NCBI GenBank assembly: GCA_050251055.1
Contig: JBFWNL010000001.1
Location: 587,825-651,824, forward strand
Length of the DNA stretch: 64,000 bases
Direction: 5' to 3'
Source: Bacteriovoracia bacterium
GTDB lineage: Bacteria; Bdellovibrionota; UBA1018; JBFWNL01
In this document: one piece after another, positions 20,208-30,572 of the stretch
Position numbering within the stretch: position 1 is the first letter of the stretch
How the letters are laid out: each line of letters starts with the position of its first letter
Translations under genes and position numbers: made by a program
The notes under the pieces: generated by a model
What the model saw: the letters and a program-made list of their open reading frames with translations, nothing else
Told to the model about the DNA's origin: nothing
The model's database searches: none

Positions 20208-20933
20208 TCAGCGGAAAAACGGATTTTGCCGCTTTTCGAAGCCGACCTTGCTCTCCGGCCCGTGACCGGGACAGACTCGCGTATCGTCATCGAGGGTGAA
20301 GATTCGGTCGCGGATTGAACTCAAAAGCTGCTCGTGATCACTGCCCCAGAAATCGGTGCGTCCGATGCTCCCACGAAAGAGCGAATCGCCGGAAAAAACC
20401 GATTCAATGGCACCCGCATGGGAATCTTCGTGCAAACGGATCGACACGCCCCCCGGGCTGTGTCCGGGCGTGTGCAGGACGGTAAGCTTAAGCTCCCCCA
20501 CGCGGAGCTCCTGGTTGTCTTCGAAGAACTCATCGATGGGGAGTGGTTCGCGAAAACCAAACGGCTGCGAGCTAAAGAGGGAATCAAGCCCCAGGAACTC
20601 CAGCTGGCGTTTTAAATTCGCGTAAAGAGGCTCGTCCCCACGGTGGAGCAGGATGCGCGCACCGACGGAGGCAGCCCCTCCCGGACCCGAATTAGGCGCC
20701 CAGCCTTCGCGCACACCGCGTGTGCCGTTGATGTGGTCGAAATGCGCGTGAGTGTGGAGCAGGTACTTGAGCTGGATCGGACGCCCAAGCTTCTGCTGCT
20801 CGGACTCCAAGAGTTGTAGGATTTTTTTGGGTTCGTCCCCGGGATCAACCAACGCCGCCTCGCCCGTCTTTTCACAGACGAGGAGGCGGCAGTTGCATTG
20901 AAATGAACCCACGACGACCGTACGATCAATCAT
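20208..20933 (-). CDS. MBL-fold metallo-hydrolase (glyoxalase II-like)
   Basis: HTHAHFDH, HTPGHSPG, FSGDSLF, GRTDF, PGHG. Confidence 0.92.
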   Translation of the reverse strand: MIDRTVVVGSFQCNCRLLVCEKTGEAALVDPGDEPKKILQLLESEQQKLGRPIQLKYLLHTHAHFDHINGTRGVREGWAPNSGPGGAASVGARILLHRGDEPLYANLKRQLEFLGLDSLFSSQPFGFREPLPIDEFFEDNQELRVGELKLTVLHTPGHSPGGVSIRLHEDSHAGAIESVFSGDSLFRGSIGRTDFWGSDHEQLLSSIRDRIFTLDDDTRVCPGHGPESKVGFEKRQNPFFR

Positions 20934-20945
20934 GGGAATGAATGA

Positions 20946-21428
20946 TTAAAGCGCGATGTTCGAGATCTTGCACGTGGTGTGCGCGGTCCACCGGCGAATC
21001 GGCGGCGTGCGGTGCGGGCCACCGTGGCCTGGGATCGTGTCATACGTCCACACCGTGGTGCAGAACGTAGTGAGCGTCGCGAGCTTGTCCAACTTGGTCT
21101 TTTCCTTATCGGAGCCAAAAACGTCCATCGTGTACGTGTTCTCTACGTCACCGTGTGGACCCTGCTTACGGTCGATCACGGCGGCTTTGCTCCACGTGAG
21201 CTTTTCGTAACCGGCCACGACTTGGCCGATCTGTCCCATGCCTTCGGGCGAGCCGTAATCTTCCGCCGCGCGCTCAATCAGCGTGCTCTTCCAAAGCTTG
21301 AGGTCTTGCTTTTTCAAGGCTTGGGCAGCGGTCATCGCCACGCCCTTCGGCGAGCTGTAATTCTTGCAGCCCGTCATGCCCATGCCTACGGTCAAGGCGA
21401 CGAGCGCCATCAAAACGTTACGTTTCAT
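20946..21428 (-). CDS. Hypothetical lipoprotein
   Basis: MKRNVLMALVALTVGMGMTG-C lipobox; RBS GGGGAG. Confidence 0.75.
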   Translation of the reverse strand: MKRNVLMALVALTVGMGMTGCKNYSSPKGVAMTAAQALKKQDLKLWKSTLIERAAEDYGSPEGMGQIGQVVAGYEKLTWSKAAVIDRKQGPHGDVENTYTMDVFGSDKEKTKLDKLATLTTFCTTVWTYDTIPGHGGPHRTPPIRRWTAHTTCKISNIAL

Positions 21429-21592
21429 TTTCTATCTCCCCTGATTCAGGTTTTGCCCTTATTCGAGCGCAACTTAGCAGAGGGACTCCCCGTTTGCACG
21501 GGGAATGTACTTCAGGTAATTCTTTTAACCAATTGAATTAATTGAGTTTTAAGTCAAACCTCAAGTGATTAATGAGCCCAGGCCGGCTCAGA

Positions 21593-21620
21593 TAAAAGAC
21601 CGCGGCGAAAACGCCGATAA
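21593..21620 (+). promoter_or_regulatory. Putative sigma28 (FliA) promoter
   Basis: TAAA-N16-GCCGATAA with a perfect -10 element, directly upstream of GTG 21627. Confidence 0.45.
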
Positions 21621-21626
21621 GGAGGC

Positions 21627-22472
21627 GTGAAGAAGCGACTCCTTTCTCGCCGCTCTCGTGCCCACGCCCTGGCTGGATTCTGCCTCGGGCTGCTTTTGCT
21701 TTCGGCGTCGCTCCAAGCCGCGCCTCCCCGTCCAGAGGGACTGGTGGCCTGCCTGCTCCAGGGTTTGAAAAAAGTTCGCGTCCTCGCCACCGACTTGGAA
21801 AGGAGCATGAAAGCCGTATTACAGGTTGCATGGGGAGAACCCGTGGCAACCGCCGACCTCGAGCGAATCTTGGCGGAAATTCCGGAGAGGGCCATTTCCC
21901 CCGATCTGCACATGGCTCACGCCCGAATCCAGACGGATATAAAGACGCCGACCCTCACGGTCCATTGGCACCGCGAACCCTACCTCGAAGGGCAAATCAA
22001 CTCTTGGACCCATGAAATCGAAATCCACACCCACGATACGAGCAGCATCGTGGAAAAATACGCCCACGAACGTTTCCACACGACCCAAAATGCACTCTCC
22101 CTCCAATTGGAGAAAAACCGGACGCCCGCGCAAAAACTAGAAGCCAAAATCCAGTTTGAGCGTGAAGCCTGTCAGTACCAAATCGACGTCATTCGCTATC
22201 TCCGAGCCCAAGGCCATGCCGTGACCGGAGAACTTGCCGATGCGGCGGATGCCCTGAAGGCGGGCAGACTGCTGGAAGATCCAGGGAATTTAAAAGCGGT
22301 CTCTTCGCTCGACGCCACCGTGCTCGGGTCTCAGCTCAGAGCGACGTCGATCCCATCCGAAGCCGGCCTGATCGAGGCCCTTCTCCAGGGCCGCGTATTC
22401 TACGAAAAGACTCCGGGCGGGTACCGCGCTTTCCATTTAGCCGATTACTACGCGCTTTACGCGAAGCCTTGA
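21627..22472 (+). CDS. Secreted putative zinc metallopeptidase (HExxH...E)
   Basis: Signal peptide; YAHERFH motif followed by FEREAC as a candidate third ligand; RBS AAGGAGG. Confidence 0.6.
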   Translation: MKKRLLSRRSRAHALAGFCLGLLLLSASLQAAPPRPEGLVACLLQGLKKVRVLATDLERSMKAVLQVAWGEPVATADLERILAEIPERAISPDLHMAHARIQTDIKTPTLTVHWHREPYLEGQINSWTHEIEIHTHDTSSIVEKYAHERFHTTQNALSLQLEKNRTPAQKLEAKIQFEREACQYQIDVIRYLRAQGHAVTGELADAADALKAGRLLEDPGNLKAVSSLDATVLGSQLRATSIPSEAGLIEALLQGRVFYEKTPGGYRAFHLADYYALYAKP

Positions 22473-22485
22473 TACCATCCGTCTC

Positions 22486-24453
22486 TTATTCGGGATTTTT
22501 GTCCATCAGGAGCGCGAGATACCGGTCCTTATTGGAGCAGTTGTCGGTCATCGGCGCCTTCAAGGAGCCGAGCTCGTCTTCCCAGATCTCGCTCGAGCCA
22601 TCGGCCAAGGTCGGCGCGTTACCCCAGTTGTAGACTTCGCTGGAACGGGCACTTTCGGCCTCTTTCTTCAGCTTCGTCACGTATTCCTTGTACTCGGGGT
22701 GGGCGTCGATCCACACGATGTCCTGGCTCGCGCCATTGTAAATGTCGATCTGGATCAGGTAGGCCTTCTCCGCCATCTCGCCCAGGCGCTTGAGCATGAC
22801 TAGGTTACGATATTGGAACTCGGCATTCATGCGCGCGATCAGCCGCGTTTCGGTCTTGCCGCTGTTCGTGTCATACCAAAACTGCATCTTGCCGAGCATG
22901 CGGCCGGCCATGCGGGTCATCTCCAAGCGGACCTTCTTCTTCTTCAGATTCGAGGTCATGAGCTGCATTTCCTGGAGCGTCGACTGCGGAATGATCTTCT
23001 TCGCCGCCTTGATCGCCTTGGCGTCCTTAATCTTATCGTTGAGATCGGCGGTCATCTGCTTGATCTCCGCCTGGATCTGATCCATTTCCTCGGCGTGCAT
23101 CTTGAAGACCTTTTCCATGCCGGCCTTTTCATCATGCAACAGGTTCACTTCCTGCTGGTGCGAGAGGAAAACCGACGACTGCAGCCACTCGCTCGCCACC
23201 GCCGTCGGCGTGCTGGACTTCCCCTTCTCGATATGCTCGAGAAGCAGCGCATGTAGGTTCTGGTTCGCGCCGGACTTTTTGCGGTCCAGCCACTTCTTCA
23301 GCCAAACGTAGGCGGGCTTATAGGAGCGGTGGAAGTATTTCAAGGCGCGCAACGACGAAGGATATTGGCAAAGCTCGTTGAAGGCCATGGCCAGGATGAT
23401 CGCGCCTTCGGGCGTGAACGTATTGCGAAATCCCCCGCTCTGCAGGTTCATCCCCACACCGATCGATTCCTCGATCTTATTGGCCATGAGATCCACCCAG
23501 GCGAGCTCGGGGAGCACGCGGGCCATATGATTGGAATCCTTATTCACCTGGTTGAGCACGTCGCCGGCCTTCACGTATTCGTGGCGATGATAGAGTGCCC
23601 GCGCGAGCGTTAAGCGAGCCGGGTCGCGATAGCGCTCGAGATCGAAGGGCAACTTCTTCTCGGCGACGAACTTATCGAGCGGCGCGACTGCTTCGTCAAA
23701 GCGTCCGTCCATGGCGGCCGTGAGTCCTTGGCTCAAGTGCAGGTACGGGCCGCCGTCTTTCAAATGAGCCAGCACGGACTGGATCTCGTTTGTCGAGGCG
23801 CGCTCGGCAATCTGCGTTTGGGCCACGATGGCGGCTGCCTCTAGCACGATCGAGCGTTGCGAATCGCTCCAAGACTTCCTCTGGTACTTAGCGATGAAAT
23901 CCTTGAGCTTCTCGCGCACGATCGGGGCCGGATAAAGGGTCGTGAACTTGAAAAAAATGCGGTTTAGGCAACCCAGGGCCGCGACCTGGATGCCGATATT
24001 TTCCTTCGTCGTGGGCTGCGCGACGATTCGCGAGAACCCGTCGTTGGCGAAGTGGAACATCGAAACATCATAGAGCGAACGGAATTTCCAATAGAGCGCA
24101 AGGGCGAGCGTCTCCTCCGTCTTCGCGGCCTCCCGCACGCCGGAGCTTTCGGCGATGGCCTGGATCTTCGTCGCCTTGCCGGCCAGGAAATCCTCGAAGC
24201 GGGTACGAATCGCCGAGGGAATCTTCGCGGTGAAAACCCATTTTTCCTGGGGCGTGCAGGCGCCTTCCGCGTAGGTCAGCGGCCCTACGGGGCGCTTGTC
24301 TTTAGCCGTGGCCGATGGAACCGCGGGCGTCACCGACGCCGGGCCTTTCGCCCCACGTTTCGGCGCGGCCACCGCTCCCGCGGTGGACCAAGCGAGGGCG
24401 ACGATGATCGCCCCGATGATGCTCTTCTGTTTGATGTCCCTACGCCAAAACAT
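22486..24453 (-). CDS. Secreted TPR protein, GltC-like gliding motility component
   Basis: Signal peptide, TPR helices (ARLTLARALY, ELAWV), C-terminal YNW...EIWEDELGSL.....C motif, position in the operon. Confidence 0.7.
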   Translation of the reverse strand: MFWRRDIKQKSIIGAIIVALAWSTAGAVAAPKRGAKGPASVTPAVPSATAKDKRPVGPLTYAEGACTPQEKWVFTAKIPSAIRTRFEDFLAGKATKIQAIAESSGVREAAKTEETLALALYWKFRSLYDVSMFHFANDGFSRIVAQPTTKENIGIQVAALGCLNRIFFKFTTLYPAPIVREKLKDFIAKYQRKSWSDSQRSIVLEAAAIVAQTQIAERASTNEIQSVLAHLKDGGPYLHLSQGLTAAMDGRFDEAVAPLDKFVAEKKLPFDLERYRDPARLTLARALYHRHEYVKAGDVLNQVNKDSNHMARVLPELAWVDLMANKIEESIGVGMNLQSGGFRNTFTPEGAIILAMAFNELCQYPSSLRALKYFHRSYKPAYVWLKKWLDRKKSGANQNLHALLLEHIEKGKSSTPTAVASEWLQSSVFLSHQQEVNLLHDEKAGMEKVFKMHAEEMDQIQAEIKQMTADLNDKIKDAKAIKAAKKIIPQSTLQEMQLMTSNLKKKKVRLEMTRMAGRMLGKMQFWYDTNSGKTETRLIARMNAEFQYRNLVMLKRLGEMAEKAYLIQIDIYNGASQDIVWIDAHPEYKEYVTKLKKEAESARSSEVYNWGNAPTLADGSSEIWEDELGSLKAPMTDNCSNKDRYLALLMDKNPE

Positions 24454-24465
24454 TGTCGGTCTCCG

Positions 24466-25260
24466 CTAGAACAAGAACAAACTCAAGCCCATGGTAAAGA
24501 CGTTACTCCAGTTCGTTCTCCGGGTCACGAAAGCATTCGTACCGTTGAAGCGGTCGACGATGTTTTCGTTATACCGAGTGAACCGGTAATCTAACCGGAA
24601 GGCGAGGTTCTGACTCAAATAGATCTGCTGGCCAAGGCCAAACAGCAAGGTGCCTTCCTTGCCGCTTTCGGTGCCCGTGGCGCCGCCACCGGCGTTGATA
24701 TGAAAATCATAATAAAGGATCTGCTTACCGATGAAGCTGAGCTTTCCGTAAATCACGCTGGCGCTGACTTCAGCGCCGGCGAACCACTGGGGAAGATTGT
24801 AGTTAGCGTCCGCTCCGGCAACCGATTGACGGAAGTTCTCTAGCGCGCTCGAAGGTCCGGCATAGGACTTCCAGCCGATCATATGCACGGACAGGTATTC
24901 GGAGAAGTGGAAGCCGACGGAACCCCCGACGTTCTTCACGCTTAAGAACGGATCGGTGCTGACAAAGCCGCCGAAGAGGGAAACTTCCAAGCGCTTTTCC
25001 TTGGAGTAAATGCGGTTCTGGACGACGTCGAAATCTTTGCCTTGTCCCCAGTACTGCTTTTTGAACTTCTCGACGTCAACGCGCTTGGCGGGATCGGTTT
25101 CCTCGGCTTCCGCCGCGTTGGCCGCAATCGACTTCACGGCTGCGAAACTCACGCCTAGACAGATACCTATGACGAAGGCCCAGCCGGAGAGCTTGATATC
25201 TCGATATACCTTGGGGTGACGACGTTTAATGCGCTTCTTGATGCTTTTCAGTGTTGCCAT
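24466..25260 (-). CDS. Outer-membrane beta-barrel, GltA/GltB-like
   Basis: VVQNRIYSKEKRLEVS, DPFL, IYGKLSF..ILYYDF, C-terminal Phe; RBS GAGGTGG before ATG 25260. Confidence 0.78.
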   Translation of the reverse strand: MATLKSIKKRIKRRHPKVYRDIKLSGWAFVIGICLGVSFAAVKSIAANAAEAEETDPAKRVDVEKFKKQYWGQGKDFDVVQNRIYSKEKRLEVSLFGGFVSTDPFLSVKNVGGSVGFHFSEYLSVHMIGWKSYAGPSSALENFRQSVAGADANYNLPQWFAGAEVSASVIYGKLSFIGKQILYYDFHINAGGGATGTESGKEGTLLFGLGQQIYLSQNLAFRLDYRFTRYNENIVDRFNGTNAFVTRRTNWSNVFTMGLSLFLF

Positions 25261-25287
25261 GAATACCACCTCAACCCATACCCCGGC

Positions 25288-26937
25288 TTAAAGCCGGCGG
25301 AAAACGAACGGATAAGTCACCGCCACATCCACGTTTCCTTTGGGGCGCGGGAACTGCCAAGACGACAACCGTTTCGTCACGCATTGATCCAACTCTTTGT
25401 CGCTCACCGAGGAGGCCTTGATCAAAGTGCTCTCCACGCTGCCACGTTTGCCGATCGTGAAGCCAACCAGCACCTTGCCTTCGATGCTGGGCTTCTTGAG
25501 GATCGACGTTTCGTAACAGTAGCGAATCTCATGCATGTGCTTGTTGATCACGTCCCACACTTCTTTTTTACTCAAACCTTCGGCCACGGTCGGCAACACG
25601 CCGTCGTCGGTGCCGACGGAAACGAACGAGCTGCCGCGGGCGCCCTTGCCTTCACCCTGGGTCGTGCCCATGCGGTAGTTGGCGCCGTTGGTGCCGTTTT
25701 CGCTGCCGCCGGTGGTGTACGCCACCTGGAGGTTCTGCTTGCCGAAGGAGGTCACGCCGGAAGATCCGGGCGCCACCGCCGCGCGCTCGCCTTGGAACAC
25801 GCTGCCGCCCTGCTTTGGGCTGTCGGCCAATAGATTATTCTTGAGGGCCATGAGACCCGCCATGGACTTCTGCAGCTGCTTCACCTTCGAAATCGCCGCG
25901 GACTCCTTCGGCTCGGCATTCGCCACGGTCTGCACCGAGATCGGGCCGGGTTTCTTCATTTTGGATGGCGACTCCGCCTTGGCGGGCTTGCCGGACTTGC
26001 TGCGGTCACGCGACGGCGTGTCGAGCGGAGCCGGCGCCGGGTTCTTCACCTGGGGCGCGTTGACGGCCACGTCGGTCTTCTGCTCGGTCATCGGCTGGAC
26101 TTCCCGCGGAGCCTCGGCCGGGCTCACCGGCAGGCGATCGCGCGAGATCTCGATCCGGGCGAACTGAAGCTTTTCTTCCTCTTTCTCCTCCGTCGGTGCG
26201 ATGAACGTAGTGAGGAAAGCGAGCATGAAGGCCACGGCGACGCCCACGTTGGTATTACGGTAAGCCTTCTTGAACCAGAGCGATTCTGGATCGATCTCGA
26301 GCTTGCCGGCGATCGGCGCGGCTTCTTTGCGGATGCGCTTGAAGGTCCAGCTACGCAAGCCGTACTCAATGGTCAGCAACCCGAGCTCACTATCGACGAG
26401 TTCGAAGCTCGAGTCCCGGCGAATATTCTCGCTAGCCAGGCGAGCCACGCCCTTGAGCTTGACGGCTTCGTTTTGAATCTCCAGCGTGAAACCCGTCTTG
26501 CCGGGCTTAAGGGTGAACAAACGGCGGCGCTCCTGGCGTACGGTAATCATCTCGGAGATCGCCTGCGTGTCGTAAACCGTGCTGCCCGTCGACTCGACCA
26601 TGCACCAGACCGCGTCCACCGAAGCCGACTCGCCCTCGGGCAGGACGTTTTGGGCCGAAAGCATCGACGGCAATAGCTGCGCCGGTAGAATTTGGATCGT
26701 GAGCGGTTCAGACTTGTCTTCTTCGAAGGTCGGCAGGCGCACTTCGCGACGCTCGTTAATGACGCTTTCCTTGAACTTCAAGGTGTGGCCGCTGGTATGC
26801 TTTAGGAAATACCCTTCCTGGTTTTTTGAAAGCGTCCATGGCATCTGGTAGCCCAAGCGGATCGGCCGGGAGCCGTCCCAGAGCTCGGTGCGGACCAGGT
26901 CATTGACTTTTACGGCGACGATGTGTGTAGTTCTCAT
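25288..26937 (-). CDS. GltG/PglI-like inner-membrane protein with AgmX/PglI (TonB-C-like) C-terminal domain
   Basis: Cytoplasmic N-terminus, single TM, Pro-rich linker, GLSKKEV..VIN.H..EIRYCYE...LSSWQFPRP...VTYPFVF. Confidence 0.85.
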   Translation of the reverse strand: MRTTHIVAVKVNDLVRTELWDGSRPIRLGYQMPWTLSKNQEGYFLKHTSGHTLKFKESVINERREVRLPTFEEDKSEPLTIQILPAQLLPSMLSAQNVLPEGESASVDAVWCMVESTGSTVYDTQAISEMITVRQERRRLFTLKPGKTGFTLEIQNEAVKLKGVARLASENIRRDSSFELVDSELGLLTIEYGLRSWTFKRIRKEAAPIAGKLEIDPESLWFKKAYRNTNVGVAVAFMLAFLTTFIAPTEEKEEEKLQFARIEISRDRLPVSPAEAPREVQPMTEQKTDVAVNAPQVKNPAPAPLDTPSRDRSKSGKPAKAESPSKMKKPGPISVQTVANAEPKESAAISKVKQLQKSMAGLMALKNNLLADSPKQGGSVFQGERAAVAPGSSGVTSFGKQNLQVAYTTGGSENGTNGANYRMGTTQGEGKGARGSSFVSVGTDDGVLPTVAEGLSKKEVWDVINKHMHEIRYCYETSILKKPSIEGKVLVGFTIGKRGSVESTLIKASSVSDKELDQCVTKRLSSWQFPRPKGNVDVAVTYPFVFRRL

Positions 26938-29900
26938 GGCTCGTACCTAATCCCGCGCAGGGTGTTCTCCAGTTCCCTGTCGAACGAGATCTCCTTTGAA
27001 TAAATGTGTTCGCGTTTCTTTTGTTTCCACTTGGCGGCGACCGATCCGTCCGGTCCCTGGGCCTTGTTCACGCCCTCCACCACGCCATCTTCGAAATCCA
27101 GTTTCTTGCCGCGCGTGTTCTTTTCCGCTTCGACCACTTCATTGCTGGCGGCTTGGGCGGCGTCCACGCCCCAGAAAGTCCGAACGACGGTGACCGCAAT
27201 CAGGCCCACGCCGGTGAAAGTCGGCCGGCTGACCGTAATCCACTTGCGCGCGTCGCTATCGAAGCGATCTTGCGACTCCTTCAACTCGTGGAGGGCTTCC
27301 GCCTTGGCTCCGGCCACGGCGAGCGAGATGGCGCGCATCACGCCAAGCACTCCCTTGGAAATGGAGTCCGTCTGCTCCGCGCGCTCGAGCACGTAGCCGA
27401 TTTGCGGCCAGTGGCGAGCCTTGAGCGCCGAAACCCACTTCGCCTTCAGGGCGCGGATGAAATTACCGTCGCGGTTATCGAGCTCGCTCCAAAAGCCGGA
27501 AGGATCGATCTTGCTCAAGATGCCCAGGGCGGCGCTGAGGTCGGAGAAATCGCGCAGCCGATTGCCGTAAACGTCTTCGTGCTTATCCGCATCCTTACCC
27601 GCCGGGGCGGCGCCCGGGATCGTCTGGGAGACCCGAACGAAGTCTGGGTCATCGGAACCGAAGGCCTTGACGATGTCGAGGGCCTTTTTATGAAGCTTCA
27701 GGGCCGACATCTGGAACGGCTTCACCACGTCGATGAGGGTCGAAGCATAGATTTTCTGTTCTTCGAGGTTCAGGCCTTCCGGAACCGGCACGGCTTGGAC
27801 ATCGGCGGCGAGATCCAAGTACATGCCGGCGATCTCATTCACCACCTTCGCGTGGACGCGGGCGAATGGGATCTTGAGCATGCCTTCGGATTGTTCCTCG
27901 ATCGACTTGATCTGCCTCACGCGGGCGCCGATGCTCTTGGCTTCGGCTTCCACTTGAATCTTACGGATGCTTTCCCGGGCGTTCTGCACGGCCGCCTGAA
28001 CCATATCCGGCACGTCATGTACGAGGCTAAAACGGGTGAGGCTGTCGAACTTCGTCCAGTAGCTGGCGAACTCGGAAACGACGGTCACGCGGCGCTTATA
28101 CGAAGCATTTTTGGCGTTCTTCAGGTCGACCAAGGCCCAAAGCGCCTTGCCTTTTTCCGACATGATCCGGCGCTTAACGCCCCGGAAGGGCTCATCTTTG
28201 CGCAAGGCATGCAGCGCCACGTAGCGGTCACACTCCTCGACGATGTCTTCGAGGCAAACCTTCTTGTTCTTCATCACGCCAATGAAGAGAGGCTCGTCCT
28301 CGGAAAGCCAAGCGAGCTGGGCAATCTTCCGACGCATGGTGCGGGAAGCTTCGGCGTCACCCGAGGTGTGGATCTTGAGATAGTCGCGGGCAGCGTGCCC
28401 GAAGTCGAAATTGTCCTCGAAAGTGCTCGCGCGCAGCTTCATGGAATCCGCGAAGTAGCGGGAGTCCGGCATCTCCTCCACCGTACGGGTCAGGGTCTGC
28501 AGCGCAACTTCGGTGCGTCCCAGCGCGATCGCCGAGCGGGCGACTAGGTTCAGCCAGTCCGCCTTGTGGCGCGGGTTCGCCAGAAAGTCCACCTCGTCAT
28601 CGGACTTATCGATGACTTCCTTATACTGTTTCGCGTTGAAAAGGCCTTCCGCGATCTTATAAGCCGAGTCGGAGCGCGACTTCTTGAGCGACTCGGAGAA
28701 CTTGGTGCGGTTTAGATCCGGCATGCGCAAGAAACGGCTCGAAAGGTCGAAAACCAGGTCCCAACGCTCGCTGGCGATCATCGTATCCACCACCAGGGCC
28801 GCCGACGGTTGCGCGTATTGCGATGTCGGGTAACGCTCGACGAAGGCCAGGAAACGCTTGGAAGCGTCTTCCACGTGACCGCGGGCGTACTGCGTGCGCA
28901 TGGACTGGTATACGAAGAAATTCATCTTTTCGCGGAGCGGATTCTTCTCGTCGATCATGCCATCCACCTGGGCCACGAGCTTGTTCCATTCCGTATAGGC
29001 GGCCGGAAGTTCCGACGGCTTGGACCGCGCCACGGCTACGGGATCGACGCTTTCGGCGATCTTGCCGTCTCGATTGAGCGCATCATATAAGATCGAAACC
29101 GACTTCAAACCCGCTTCGGAAATATTGATGCCCGCCTTGTTAGCCAGGCTCGAACCGTGGCGGATGTTGTTGATGAGCCAACGATAGTGCGCCACCGCCT
29201 GCTGCGGCTGCTGCAATCCTGCGAAGGACTCGCCCAAATTATAATGAGCCTGCACGATGCGATGATCGCGCCGTTCCGCGACGGTTAGGAAAGTCTTATA
29301 GAGCCCAATGAGAATGGCGTAATAAGCGCGATTCGGCGAATTGGGCTGTTTTTTGATCTGCGCCTGGATCTTGTTGACCGAGGTCAAGAGAAAGTCTTCG
29401 GCGATATCGAACGGATACTTGCCGGCCTTGTCCTGCTTGAGCTTCGCCAGATCGTTCAACGTTTCTTGCGCGGCCTTGAAGTTGTACTTATTGAGTTCGT
29501 CTTCCAGCACGGTCACGAGAACCGTGAGGCAGATCGGGTCATCCGGACGCTTCTGGATGACGCTTTTCTTCCAGACCGCGAGCTCGCCTTGCTTATTTTC
29601 GGAACGCAGCAGCTTGGTGAAGCGGATGAGCATCTGCCCCAAGACGTTGTCGCCTTGGGCGCCGCCGGAATTCAACTTACCGAAGAAGTCGACCGCGTCT
29701 TCGATCGCGTATTCGCCCGCCTTTAGGTTATAGGCACGCATGTAGAACATCGTCGAATCCAGCAGCATCTCGTCGCGGTGCAGGGTCGTGGCGACCTTCT
29801 TTTTCGCGTGCGCTTCGTCGATCTGGACGTTTTGGTACTTCACATAAAGCTTCACATAACGGAAAGATTCATCGAGCTTGTCGAGTTGGTAGTGCGCCCA

Positions 29901-30563
29901 GGCCGTCTTTTGGAGGGCGTAAGGATAATATTCGCGATCCGACTTGTCGCGCTCGAGGTAGTGCAAATACGGCAGCGCTTCTTCCGGCTTGTTACGCTCG
30001 AAAGCGAACTCCGAGAGCGACCAGTAGACGGCCTTGATGCCCGAGTACTCAGGAAAGCGCTGGATGACGATGAGATAATCCGCGATGGCTTCATTGCGTT
30101 TGCCGACTTCGTTATAGGCGCGGCCACGCATCGCGTAGGCGAGCGGAATCTCGTAGTGATTTGGATAGCGCGTGATGACATCGCTCAGCGTCTTCACCGA
30201 CTGATTGAGTTGCTTCTGTGACGGCGCGAGATTGATGCGTTTTTTGGCGAAGTAGGCCTCGGCGTGGGCGATGCGGAATAAGGATTCGGCTTTTTCCTGC
30301 TCCAAGGTGGCCATGCGCATGAGCAGGCCCGCTTCCTCTTTGGTGCCGACGCGCTTCTTGATCAGGATCTTGAGCTTCGAAATGGCCGCCTGCTGGTAGG
30401 TAGTGGCGGCGGTATCGGCCGCCGCCTTCGGCGCCGCGCGCGGGACGCCGCGCGAGTCAAGCTCCAGATTCTCCTGGTCGAATGGTCCGGCCACGGAAGA
30501 CAGGGACGCTCCCCACGCCGCGAAGAAGATCAAAGTAGTGATGGCGACGCGAATGAAGCTCAT
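26934..30563 (-). CDS. Large secreted TPR protein, GltD/AgmU-like, with an in-frame GltF/CglF-like C-terminal module
   Basis: Signal peptide, many TPRs, GltD-type VPVPEGLNLEEQKIY motif; C-terminus contains a hydrophobic segment, AQA and KKLDFEDGVVEG. Confidence 0.75.
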   Translation of the reverse strand: MSFIRVAITTLIFFAAWGASLSSVAGPFDQENLELDSRGVPRAAPKAAADTAATTYQQAAISKLKILIKKRVGTKEEAGLLMRMATLEQEKAESLFRIAHAEAYFAKKRINLAPSQKQLNQSVKTLSDVITRYPNHYEIPLAYAMRGRAYNEVGKRNEAIADYLIVIQRFPEYSGIKAVYWSLSEFAFERNKPEEALPYLHYLERDKSDREYYPYALQKTAWAHYQLDKLDESFRYVKLYVKYQNVQIDEAHAKKKVATTLHRDEMLLDSTMFYMRAYNLKAGEYAIEDAVDFFGKLNSGGAQGDNVLGQMLIRFTKLLRSENKQGELAVWKKSVIQKRPDDPICLTVLVTVLEDELNKYNFKAAQETLNDLAKLKQDKAGKYPFDIAEDFLLTSVNKIQAQIKKQPNSPNRAYYAILIGLYKTFLTVAERRDHRIVQAHYNLGESFAGLQQPQQAVAHYRWLINNIRHGSSLANKAGINISEAGLKSVSILYDALNRDGKIAESVDPVAVARSKPSELPAAYTEWNKLVAQVDGMIDEKNPLREKMNFFVYQSMRTQYARGHVEDASKRFLAFVERYPTSQYAQPSAALVVDTMIASERWDLVFDLSSRFLRMPDLNRTKFSESLKKSRSDSAYKIAEGLFNAKQYKEVIDKSDDEVDFLANPRHKADWLNLVARSAIALGRTEVALQTLTRTVEEMPDSRYFADSMKLRASTFEDNFDFGHAARDYLKIHTSGDAEASRTMRRKIAQLAWLSEDEPLFIGVMKNKKVCLEDIVEECDRYVALHALRKDEPFRGVKRRIMSEKGKALWALVDLKNAKNASYKRRVTVVSEFASYWTKFDSLTRFSLVHDVPDMVQAAVQNARESIRKIQVEAEAKSIGARVRQIKSIEEQSEGMLKIPFARVHAKVVNEIAGMYLDLAADVQAVPVPEGLNLEEQKIYASTLIDVVKPFQMSALKLHKKALDIVKAFGSDDPDFVRVSQTIPGAAPAGKDADKHEDVYGNRLRDFSDLSAALGILSKIDPSGFWSELDNRDGNFIRALKAKWVSALKARHWPQIGYVLERAEQTDSISKGVLGVMRAISLAVAGAKAEALHELKESQDRFDSDARKWITVSRPTFTGVGLIAVTVVRTFWGVDAAQAASNEVVEAEKNTRGKKLDFEDGVVEGVNKAQGPDGSVAAKWKQKKREHIYSKEISFDRELENTLRGIRYEP

Positions 30564-30572
30564 TTTACCGCC

